Shown one piece after another: positions 48,643-59,929 of a DNA stretch of 64,000 nt. Position 1 is the first letter of the stretch. Every line of letters starts with the position of its first letter. The notes below the pieces were generated by a model that was not told the DNA's origin, made no database searches, and saw only the letters and a list, made by a program, of their open reading frames with translations. Origin of the DNA: Epiperipatus broadwayi (lineage: Eukaryota; Animalia; Onychophora); the NCBI GenBank assembly GCA_028023455.1, contig JAQFVV010000008.1, positions 15,624,001 to 15,688,000 on the forward strand, given 5' to 3'. A program made the position numbers and the translations under genes.

Positions 48643-50745
48643 ATTGGCGAAGTACAACAAAGACCGCCAGCAACCGGCAAGAACTAGAAATCTCAAGGAC
48701 TATGTTAGGTGAAAAACCATACTTCTGGAGAGGGGGAGGAGTGCAGTATTCAAGGTCAAGGTATAAACATATATAATGTATAATGAATATGTAAATAATA
48801 ATAATTGTATAAATATAACGAATATGTAAAAGTAATAATAATTGTATAAATGTAGAATAAAAGTAATAACTGTAATATATAATAAATATGTAAAATAACT
48901 GTATAGTAATTAAGAATAACGATTGTGTAAAATTACAATGTTATTAAATCATAGAAAGTTGTATAATAATAGAAAGCCCAGCTGACCTTATAGGGTCAGA
49001 AAACTATGTAAAATACCATATATGGTGAGAAACGTAAAAATACTGTGTGTATGTGAAAACACCATATATGGTTAGGAATGTAAAAGACTCCAGAAGTCTT
49101 GAGGGGTATATAAACCCCCATAAACTAAACTAATTGTTCTTATGTTCTGAATACGTTCTGAGGTTTAATTATGAGTCAGAGACTCCTGCCTCTGTAAGTC
49201 GAAAGCAGGACTAGGGTATTTTATGCAGGTCACCACGACCTTTTATTATTTTATTACACCTTATAATAGGCGATGTATATAGTTAAAATTATCCGTATTA
49301 AACTATAATCTTGCCATCTCAATTCTGCCTTTGTCCATTTATTTACTTGCGGGTCATAAGACACAATAAGATCATATCTTTTAACTCATCTATAATATTT
49401 AAATATGTATAAGTTAGATAAAATTTATTGTATTAATATGATAAACTGTAAAATTAATCAAAAATTACAAAATGAAAGTGCCTTATGGCACTCAAACTAA
49501 AGTTATTTTTTTTCCAATTTAAATATAATCTTTATGTTCATTTACTTTTAAATATTTTATTAAATTTTGATAACTACAGAACTTTACATTCTGGATTTTA
49601 AAAAAATTATTTATCTATAATGCATATAAAAAAATTTAAATACTATTTCAATGCAAAATGTATTTATAATTAGACATATAAAGCATATTAGTATTAGGTA
49701 TATTTCAGTGGAAAACAGGGTCAAATCAGGAATTATATAAAAATAATTCAATTCATGAGGGACTTTTGAATTGATATTGTGCACATTAATGTGACAAGCA
49801 ACCAAATTAAAAGACTTTTTTTAATAGCTGAGATGTTTCTTTTTTCTTTTTTTAAAAAATACACTTCAAAGTCTTTCTAAATTATAGTTAGAAATCCCCA
49901 AGAATATTTATGAAGATTATTTTGATGATTAAAAAAATAAAAAAAGTTGTTTTAGTTAGTTTCTAGATTTAAATATTAGTTCTTGAATGTGTATAAAGAT
50001 TATAGAAATAACTTTGTCTCAAATATGAATAAATAATGTTCATACTAATAATATCAAATAGGATGTGTTTGAGTAAATATGAGGTTCCAATAAATTGCTG
50101 AAGATGCTTTTACAACCAGAAAACCATTTAATAAGTGGGTATCTTGATATTATAAACATAATTCTTAAAAAAAGCATTCTAACTAAAATTACAACACTAT
50201 TTCTTTGTGTTTGAATAATGCCCAAAGTTTAATGCTGATATTATTTTATTTTTCCATCGCAGAATTTTTGAATAAAAGATGAATATTACCAAAAGCTCTT
50301 CAAGTACTTAAATAAAATGAAGTGAGTGAGCAAATGCAATTTGGAATAAGTTATTTCTAGCAAATAAAGTTAATTTCCTTATAAATAAGCAAAGTTTATG
50401 CAATAAATTATTAGTCATTAAATCTTAATAGAAACAATGGTTATCTTCTTTAAAGCTCCGTCAAAAATCTTTAAATAAACATATTATAATATACAATGAA
50501 TGAATATAAAAAAAAAATTTTAATTAAAGATATATGTTGCAGATCTAGTAGAAAAGAAGCTGGATAATTAAGAATGAATGTGATTATTTAGCTATTATAA
50601 AGACCATGCCAAATCTGTTTAATTAAAGCATTTGTTAAGTTATCAGCATTGTTATATTATCACCAATACATTATTACATTTGAATCAATTTATAAAGAAA
50701 AATAGAGAATATCAATAAAACAAACAATAACTGTATAAAACTCAC

Positions 50746-50920
50746 CATTTTGTCCAGCTAAACTCCGATTAAATCCTGTTGAATTGATGTTTTGAATGCA
50801 GGATTCACTTGTACCATGATACAAAACTGATTCATTATTGCTACCAGAATTCTTTTTATCTAATCGTTCTTTTTGAGCACAATACTGCTCATATAAAGAT
50901 TTATTTTGAATTCTAGATAT
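50746..50920 (-). CDS. PARP mono-ADP-ribosyltransferase, penultimate coding exon
   Basis: TTTTATAG|ATA...AATG|GTGAG; 175 nt, phase 0 to phase 1; ISRIQNKSLYEQY...NESVLYHGTSESCIQNINSTGFNRSLAGQN contains the catalytic HGT. Confidence 0.95.
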
Positions 50921-52195
50921 CTATAAAATGAGAATTCTATATATTAAAATATTAATAAAATATTCACTAATAAGTTTAAATATTGAAAATTCAAATATAA
51001 TTACAATAGAGTGAATAATTTGGATAACTTTTGAGGAACTCAACATATTCATTCTAAAAGAGTGTGATTGACCACAACTGGATAGAAGTAAAATATATTT
51101 TCAAAAAATAATCAATGTTTTGATATATTTCCTCAATTAGTATTTTCAAATTAATTTGTTGCCCGAGTACTTTAAGCACTGGTTCTAAACATATTCGCTT
51201 TATGCCAAAACATATATCATTAGATAGAATATTATTAAATGATTTTGAAATAATTTAGTAATATATATATCTTTTCATTAGCAAACCTGCTCTTTGAATT
51301 ATTGCAAATAATATCTATACCTGTTTTTTGAAAAGAAGTTTTTATAATGAAACAAATCATATTTTCTGCATTAATGAATAAAGTTACATATAAAAAAAAA
51401 CATGGGGGGGGGAATTCAATTTCAAAACATGACTTACATCACAGAATAATTTTTATATTTTCTATAGAGTATTTACAGACAACAAAAGTGATCACATGAT
51501 ATAGTAATTCGAACACATGCCTTGTCCATGACCTATGGTCTGAATCTAGACAAAACTTAAATTTTTTTCAGATGACTGAGGGTTTCTAAAAAAGCTTAGC
51601 TAATCAATGGTTGGTAAATCAATACTTTAGTTATTTCACAGTTAGAAAAACCATTAAATGTCTTCATCCAGCAATTGACTAGCCTAAAAAAGTTTTGAAT
51701 GTGCTATTTTTCAATATAAAATCTGGAGTAACCTTTGCCCTACAGTGAGATATTTAAGGTTATTTATAACTTATATGCAAATATAAAACAATTCTAACAT
51801 TTTTTTTTCCTAATTGCAAAAAAAAAAATAAAGGCTGAAAGCTAATTTTAAGATAATTATTGTCATATAGAATAGAAAACATCTTTAATTCTGATATTTT
51901 TTTCAATATTTTAATAATCTTTGATAATTCTAAACAAATTATAAAGTTTCACTTTGGGAAGACAGCAAAAAAATTAGCATTCATACAATCTATAAACATG
52001 TTTGTAATTATCTTTTTTTATTGTCTCATATCAAACAAAATAAGCACATTATCAATCAACTCAAATATAACATATTATCAATATTTAATTTCAACGCTTC
52101 CTTCTTATCTGTGAAAATACCAATTGTAAGTGGCTTATTGGATTTTAACTAATTCAGCAAAGAATTTATTAAGTTAGTGCTTAATAATTTAATAT

Positions 52196-52874
52196 TGTAG
52201 TGTTTTGTAAAAATGGCAGACATTTTGTGCACTCCAGAAAAAACTAGAATTTATTCGAGAGGTTGTTTTAGATCGTGCGCTGATAACTGTGGAATTTAAT
52301 TAAGGCATTGACGTAATGGTGATCGACTATTCCAAGAGATATTTGCTGATTGCAAATATTTCTGGATAAGAGACAATACCTTATTGGATGGTGTATTAAT
52401 TGTTGCAGTTATCAGGAAGCGATAAGAAGACTGGGTAATAACTACGCAGGGCAGTAATTAGAGGACAACTCCAGTAGAGCAGTCATGCAGTATTTGAGTA
52501 GGCAGTGATTTGAGTACAACTACAGTAAAGATATCTCGCGTCAGTGCTTGCAGTCAATGACCAGTGCCCAGTGGAAATGTAGTCCACGGGTGTAGCTGAA
52601 AGAGCCCACAGAGATGGGGAGACCGCAGCGGAGATATTGAGAGCAACCGTTGTAGAGCATTAGTTTCAGACCATTTGTTGGAGAGCATCTGTTTGCAGAC
52701 CATTCGTTGGAGAGCATCCGTGGCAGAGCATTCGTTGCAGACCATTCGTTTGGAGAGCATTCGTTGCAGACTATTCGTTGGAGAGCATCCGCAGCAGAGC
52801 ATTCATTGCAAGAGAACATCGTGGGAATTGAACATAGTTATTTGCTGATCGCAGTCATACTTGCGGATATAACA
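52196..52874 (+). repeat. LTR of a truncated Mag-like element with an internal minisatellite (52639-52825), followed by PBS copies at 52876-52927
   Basis: TGTAGTGTTTTGTAAAAAT start (uncertain), ...GATATAACA end, then TGGCACAGTCAGAC and TGGCACAGTCGACAGGATCAATC; GAGCATTCGTTGCA/GACCATTCGTTGGA ~14-bp subunits. Confidence 0.65.
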
Positions 52875-52964
52875 TTGGCACAGTCAGACTGGCGTATAAA
52901 AAATTGGCACAGTCGACAGGATCAATCACACAGTTCTTCTTTCCAAAATAATTCATAAATATCC

Positions 52965-53474
52965 AATATAGAAATAAAACAAACTCCTTTTTAAAACTTG
53001 CTTTTTATATGACTATAATCATGAAAAAGAAATCCAACGTTTCGACTATTTTATATAGACTTTTTCAAGGCACACTAAAATAAAATAAAATAATAAATAT
53101 CACATATTCCCAAAAAAAATATTAAATTAAAAATTACAAAATTTATTCATAACCAAAAATTTACCTTATCTCACTCCCCTTTCCTATTACAAACAATCAC
53201 AACTTAAAAAAAAAAGGAAATTGTTTGTGCTTAAGTTATGATTGTTTGTAATAGGAAAGGGGAATGAGATAAGGTACATTTTTGGTTATGAATATATTTT
53301 GTAATTTTTAACTTAATATTTTTTTTGGAATATGTGATATTTATTATTTTATTTTAGTGTGCCTTGAAAAAGACTGTATAAAATAGTCGGAACATTGGAT
53401 TTCTTTTTTATGATTATAGTTATATAAAAAGCAAGTTTTTTAAAAAAGGAGTTTGTTTGTTTTATTTCTATATT
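52965..53474. repeat. Large fold-back inverted repeat, ~243-bp arms, 23-nt loop, with a variant hammerhead-like motif (Penelope-like)
   Basis: Arms 52965-53207 and 53231-53474; arm consensus CCTTGAAAAA-GACTAT-ATAAA-ATAGTC-GAAACGTTGG at 53033-53072 (-) and 53362-53399 (+). Confidence 0.9.
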
Positions 53475-54604
53475 AGTGTTTAATCTGTTATAAGACATTA
53501 AGAAGCTGCTAAGAAAATGATATCTTATGGTACTGTACTTAATATTAAATTTATTTGAAGTATCAAAAAAGACACACAAAAAAGAGAACTATTACATTCT
53601 AGTCTAGAGAGGATAAATATATGGCACTAAGAAAAAAGAACAAATAGTCATCAAATTAAAATATTTTTAAAAATATTAAAAGTCTTCATGCCATATTTAC
53701 TGAATTTAATTATCAGTAATATTTACTATACATATAAATCCTGATGAGCAAATATTTAAAAAGTTTGTGATTCCTTTATATGCTCTTACTGTAGAAAATA
53801 ATTTGCTGTTAATTGAAAGGAGATGATTCCTCTTTGAGGCCTTAAAGGAACTAAACACAACAAATTTCTAATTTCCACTCCATACATGGTCATGGTAGCT
53901 GTTGATAGTATATAATTATTCTTACAGCAAATAAACATAATTAGGCTGCTTACCAACATATATCGGCCAGCATGGTGAGTTTATTGGTTTTTCATTTGTG
54001 AGTTTAAGATGATCTCTCTTTTCAATTGCTTGATAATTCATGTTTAATTGAATACAGGATGAATATGTGAATGATCATTTTTTATGTAGATATTTAGATA
54101 CTTACAATCACGACAGACAAAACTAAATTATGCCTTTATTCCCAGGAGGCTGTAAAGACACAAGGCAATGCAATGATTGGTATCAAAGAAAAAGGATGCT
54201 AATACTGCAGAATATATACAAGTGAAGGAAAAATGCACAAATTATAAGAACTGTCTAATATTAAATGGGGCATGGTTGGACTGTATAATTAGAAAAACGG
54301 TTGAGAGATGATTTAAAAGTGGGCTTGTATTTTACTATAAAAGCACAAATATTGAAAGCTTAAGTGGAGTAGGATGAATTGTATATAAAAAAGTGGAAAA
54401 ATAACATTGTGGATATTGATGGTGTATCATACAATATAGCAAAATTAATTATCTGATAAATATAAATTGTCAAATGCATGCAATTCACATTTATATCCCA
54501 ACTTTTCATAGTGATGAAGATTTTTATACAGATGTACAAAATGCTGTTGAACAGCATAATTTTTCCTTCACACTTCTTTGACACCTACTACAAGCTTTAA
54601 TAAC

Positions 54605-55015
54605 TAATAAATGCCAGATGATAGTGCTTAATAAATCCCCATCAAATACTACCCTATTCGATATCCGCAGAGTAATTTCAAGCTTATGGCTTTCATCATG
54701 GGATCTTGGAACAGTGCATTTGGATATTTAGGATCTAACACACCTTTCTTTTAGAAGCTATCACTAGTCTTTCTTTTTAATTATCAAGTTATCTGCCCAA
54801 ATTGAAAAAATATAAATGTTGATAGTTGAAAAGGGAACTAAATGATGGCTTCTATAAGGAAGGTGCATTAGATCCTAAAGACCCAAGTGCACCATTCTAA
54901 GATTCAATGTTCCTTATTAATGTATTCCTTATTAATGTAAGCCATAAAGTTGAAACAAGTTTAGGAGTATTGAATAGGGATATATTAAGCACTATTATCT
55001 GGCATAGTTACTAAA
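54605..55015. repeat. Older fold-back copy related to family A, ~165-bp degenerate arms
   Basis: ATGCCAGATGATAGTGCTTAAT / ATTAAGCACTATTATCTGGCAT; minus strand 54663-54704 reads ATCCCA-TGATGA-AAGC-CATAA-GCTT-GAAA-TTACTC-TGCGGAT. Confidence 0.75.
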
Positions 55016-55019
55016 ACTC

Positions 55020-57550
55020 ACAATAGATGGCATAAAGATATGAAGTAAAAAGTATGCTGCTGAAACAACAATGAGTAAACTAAAAACATAAGGTCATGTA
55101 ATAAATTGTCTTTGATCATATCAGGTGCCATTTTAAAATTGCTATGGGAGTCTTTCATGGTAGAATTGCTAAATGATTAAAAAATGAAAGTGCTGTGGGT
55201 AAACTGGATTATGGCGAGAAAAATGAAAGAAGACACAGACTAGTGTAATTCACAGAAAAAAACAACAACTGTGTATTTTTTCTTTGAGAAAAATGTTAAA
55301 TGGAAATGGATGTTAAAGCATCCAAATGAAGATATAGCAGAAATGGATTTTATATTAATTAAACAAAATATGTATTTCAAAATTGTTATGTTTTTAATAG
55401 ATTCAATACAAGAAGTAGTCATTGATTAGTGAATGGTATATTATTTATTAATGCAAAACTAGAGCTAAAAAAAGATTAAGAAAGTCAAAATTAACAGTTG
55501 ATATTCCTAATCTTCACAATCATTTCAATGAGTCTATTTAAAATTTGCAAATCATTTTAAAAATATTAACAGATTTTAAGATGGTTCAGATTTTAATTAA
55601 TCAATAAGAAGAGATATAAGAAGAGATAAATGATATACTATTAAGACTGTAAAAAAAGGTATCTGGTACAAAAATGCAGCAATTGACCAATAAATTTTCT
55701 ACTGAGACAAAACAATATATGAAGAAAAAAAGGAATATGAATTTATATAAAAATAATCTATTAAGAAGAATTTAATATCTAGAGTATTGTAAAATCGTAT
55801 GAAAAAAAAAATTATATAAAAAAATAATTGTGAATTAGTAAAAAGTTATTTCAACAATAAAAAAAAAAAAAATTGAGACTAAAAGAAGAGATCATATCAT
55901 GACATATGTGAAAGATCTCTATAAAGAATTATATAATAATAAAGAACAAGAAAACAGAGTATATCTATAGTTATCATATCATCTGAATAGTCCAGAATTT
56001 TAAATAAAGCAAGATATGCAATTAAATTTAAATGTAGAACTTGTTCCAAAGTTAATATGATTGCCTATGTAACAGAATGCAATCTTTTGTTGTAAATCTA
56101 TGTAACATTTGTTTAATAAAATTCTTTGAAACATAAATTTATAAAGAAGAGAAAAGCTCCACTAAATGCTAAAATTATAATAGATATCTTAAAAACAGAT
56201 AAAGAAATAGGGATATTGATGGCAAAACTATATAGCAAATGCATCAACTGATTGGCAGAATGCAATGATAATATTGATATTTAAGAAAGGTGATAAAGAA
56301 GATATTAGAAATTACAGATCTACCAGTCTTTAAAACAGGCAAAACTCTCCATACAGTAGTGCCACTCAGTGCCAGCCAGAGTAATCAATGGATGCCAGCA
56401 TAAGAAATGGTGATCATGTGATGTTTAGTGGTTATCTACCTGTCTTCTATCAATCCTATACAAAATCTACCAAGATAATTACAAATGGTTTACAATGAAC
56501 TTTGGATTTTAACCAACTAAAAAAATAAACTGGATTTAAAAGTGGTTTTAACACAGTGGATCACATTCAAATATTGAAACAAGTTATAAAAAGCACCAAT
56601 AAATTTAAGTTGTCATTATTATTTGGATTTGTAGATTATGAAAATACATTTGATTGTATGAGTATTTCTATGATGATTAAAGTACTGGATCATCAAGATA
56701 AAGACTCAGAATATTATCATTTTCTGATGAACAGTAGTGATTAGATTTCATAGTGATACTAAGAACATTATGCAGCAGCATAATTCCATATCTCCAAATC
56801 TTTTTACATCAGTTTTACAAAAAGGATTTTGTGAATTAAAATGGGAGGCTAATGATAATAAAAGTAAATGGAGATTATTTAAGTTATTTAGATTTTGTAT
56901 ATAATGCAGCTGTTCTTCTTGAAATGTTGTAAGATTTATCAGACCAAAACAAAAAAGTAGGACTAAAGATAAATAGTAAGAAGACTTAAGAAATGTTTCA
57001 TGATTTATCTCAGTGGATAGCAATGATTAAGAATCATGAATTAGAAGAATACCAATACCTTGTTCAGATTATTGATATAGATGGAAACATAATGGATGAA
57101 ATTAATCATAAAATTAATATTGGATAGAATGCTTTTGGTAAAAATATGTCTATGCATTTAAAAAGAAAGATTTTTAATAGATGTGTTTTAGTTCTTATTA
57201 TGGTCTGAGACTTGAATACTTAACAGAAAAATAATACAAATACTTTAAACCATTCAATGAAGTATGGAAAAATGTATGTTAGTAGAAGAAAGAAGAGATT
57301 GAAAATGAAATATATGATGAGAGAAAGAACACATATTACTGAAAAAATTAAGAGGCTAAAATGCAGCTAGATCAGATATATTGATAGAAGAAATAATAAT
57401 AGATGGAATTTTAAGTCTTAAACTGGATCCCAATAGATTATAAAAGATTTAGAAGAAGCTTTATGTTAAATAAAGGGATGAAATAAGGAAAATTTGCTGC
57501 TATAACCTTCATCTTGCCATGGATTGATAATACTTGAAAATAATAATGAC
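55020..57550 (+). mobile_element. Decayed RTE-clade LINE, same family as 24083-26567
   Basis: Colinear nucleotide similarity throughout, e.g. GGATTTAAAAGTGGTTTTA, GATATTAGAAATTACAGA, ATAGATGGAAACATAATGGA and the 3' ACCTTCATCTTGC; residual ORF 56556-56744 (DHIQILKQVI...FGFVDYE). Confidence 0.85.
56331..56433 (-). mobile_element. 103-bp family-A derivative inserted in the decayed RTE with a 13-bp TSD
   Basis: ATCTACCAGTCTT (56318-56330) and ATCTACCTGTCTT (56434-56446) flank TAAAACAGGC...GGATGCCAG + CATAAGAAATGG...GTGGTT, which match 41896-41962 and 42180-42214. Confidence 0.8.
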
Positions 57551-58713
57551 ATTGATTTGCTTTATAACTAGTTTACCATATTTATAACCTCTGATTTTAT
57601 GTTCTTACCATATAAAAATATTATCATGTCTATTACAGGGTGCGAAAGACTTAATTTAATTGCAATACATCTGGCTGGTTAGCAATTACATAAAGTTGAT
57701 TATCATTGTATGCATTAACTTCTTTAATTATTCTAATGAAATAGTATTTCCTACTTATAACTAGTACTAAATTGTACAAGCCAAATGATATTTAAACATC
57801 AATGTGTCAGTCGCAATTCCATTTAATTGACAAAATTGAGATTTACTTTTTTATCTCAAAATAGAAACCCGACTTTTCCATAATAATTCATAAATTTTTA
57901 AATATGATTGAAATAAAAAAAATATGCTGCTATAACCTTCATCTTGATATGGATTAATAATGCTTGAAAATAATAATGACATTGATTTGCTTTATAACTA
58001 GTTTACTATATTTATAATATCTGATTTTATGTTCTTACCATATTAAAATATTATCATGTTTATTATAGGTTAAGTAAGACTTTAATTTAATGCCAATACA
58101 TCTGGCTGGTTAGTAATTACATAAAGTTGATTATCATTGTGTGCATTAACTTTTTTAATTATTTTAATGAAATAGAATTTCCTACTTGTAATTTGTACTA
58201 AATTGTACATGATACTTACATAAAGCTAAAACTTTAGTACATACGCCTTGAGTGCTTAATTTTAGCAAGAGAGACCTCTACAAATCATAACACGAGATTC
58301 GACTTTATAAAGATAATAGGGACCCCCTCTTAGCTCTAACCTATTTTTCTTAATTATATAGGCAAATCTAAAGCATTTTGATTTGGGAGCATGAAGCTAA
58401 TAAATTCTTCACTGATTAAGTCCACTATTTCTATTAAACATTAACATTCGCAAAATCTTTCGATTTACAACAAGTCAATATTCAGATATTAAATTTAGAA
58501 ATATTTTGAATCAATTTAAAGTTATAAATATTAATTCTTATTAAGCGCAATGTCAACATTAATATTTATAAATTGTACATGCTAAATGATGTTTAAACAT
58601 CAATGTGTCAATCACAACTCCATTTAATTGACAAAATTGAGATTTACTTTTTTACCTCAAAATAGGAATCTGACATTTCCATAATAATTCATAAATTTTG
58701 AAATATGGTTGAA
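57490..58713 (+). repeat. Tandem duplication of a ~425-bp unit (57490-57912; 57917-58713), second copy interrupted
   Basis: GCTGCTATAACCTTCATCTTG...TTCCATAATAATTCATAAATTTT occurs twice; the unit starts in the RTE 3' end. Confidence 0.85.
58212..58568. mobile_element. 357-bp insertion with a 13-bp TSD
   Basis: TAAATTGTACATG at 58199-58211 and 58569-58581; the insert is absent from the first tandem copy. Confidence 0.75.
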
Positions 58714-59795
58714 AATTTATTCACCATTATTATAGATAGAAGATATTCATCAACAATTCACTTCTGTTTATAGTTATTGAATTACAATGTTGGAAGAAAA
58801 AAACTACAAATGCCTTCTTAATGGAAAGTGTGTTGTTCTTTTTTTAAATATATGGTATTTTTAATATACGAGCCTTCATTGAAAATTCTGTAAGAAATAA
58901 TGCTACACGTTAAGTCTTGGAATGTTTTCAGTGCTTAATTAACTTTTTTGAAATAGTGCAAAATGTTTGACTTTGCAACAATGTTATTCCACCCATCAAT
59001 TTCAGTAAAATTATTTTACCACTATCACTAAACTATAACCTTAATTTAATTTAAGGATATTGCTTTAGCCATTGTTCTTAATAAGAAATGCTTCACTATG
59101 CATTTACTGTTTTATATAAATACCATAATTTAACACTGATTTTACTTAATCAGAAGTCATTTTTAAATAGACTGTAAAACAGTAAATTTAACATTTTCTT
59201 TACATGAAAACATGATTTCTATAATAAGGTTTAGTTCAACGCTTTATATTGAAATTAATTATGCATTAAATTCAGACATTATTCTTTTAAATATGCTTGA
59301 CATATATAATATCATTAAAAATTGTTCAACTCCTAAACATAATATAAATTCAATAAATTATATGTATAAATATATTAAAAAATGAATATTCCATTAATAA
59401 TATACATATTCTGTAAATAAACATTATATATAATGATCAGATATACATTGTAACATAATAATCATATGTATATATATATATATGTATTCAAAAACTTAAC
59501 TCAGGAAAATCCAAATAAAGAAATGCATTTTTTTTAAATTAGAAGTTGTAATAGAAACATTGATAATTCATTATCATAATAGCCATTTTACTTAAATTTT
59601 GGACTCAGTAATATATTGTACATATGTAATAAAAAATGTGTTCAAACATATAGATATGATTACTATTTCATAGAATATATTTTAAATGTAGTAAATAAAC
59701 ATTTTGAAATCTTAAAAATTAAAATAAATAAATTCAAAATTCATTCTGTTCATATAAATACTATTATTATTAAAAATAAAAAAAAGTATAATTAC

Positions 59796-59929
59796 AGAAA
59801 TTATTGATGCTTTATACTGTAAACTGTTTAAAAAATGCTGAAAAACAGTCTGATATTCTTCAGAATTGGTATCCAGGACAACTACTTTTTCATTGGAAGA
59901 CATATTATCCCATTCTATAGGCAGTTTAT
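59796..59929 (-). CDS. PARP mono-ADP-ribosyltransferase, coding exon at the start of the catalytic domain
   Basis: TTTGTTAAAG|AT...TCT|GTAATT; 134 nt, phase 1 to phase 0; (D)KLPIEWDNMSSNEKVVVLDTNSEEYQTVFQHFLNSLQYKASIIS joins in frame to the 50920 exon. Confidence 0.92.

Larger units (their letters stand above)
46797..49368 (+). mobile_element. Young gag-only Mag-type LTR element (element 3): LTR 46797-47435, LTR 48742-49368
   Basis: LTRs about 2% diverged by eye; 5' LTR termini TGCAGT...ACTGCA; PPT GAGAGGGGGAGGAG at 48728-48741; AGATC at 46792-46796 and 49369-49373 as a 5-bp TSD. Confidence 0.93.

Noticed and set aside
52541-52958. Cys-rich ORFs with CNECS repeats resembling a zinc-finger or metallothionein protein
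   Set aside because: They are translations of the LTR minisatellite and are open in several frames on both strands.
53741-53780. Plus-strand CTGATGA-GCAAAT...GTTTGT-GATTC
   Set aside because: GATT replaces GAAA and there is no stem III or cleavage triplet; not in a recognisable repeat.
59712-59795. C-terminal half of ORF 59712-59903 (VIILFFIFNNN...)
   Set aside because: It is intron read-through past the GTAATT donor at 59795; PARP similarity continues in the 50920 exon instead.
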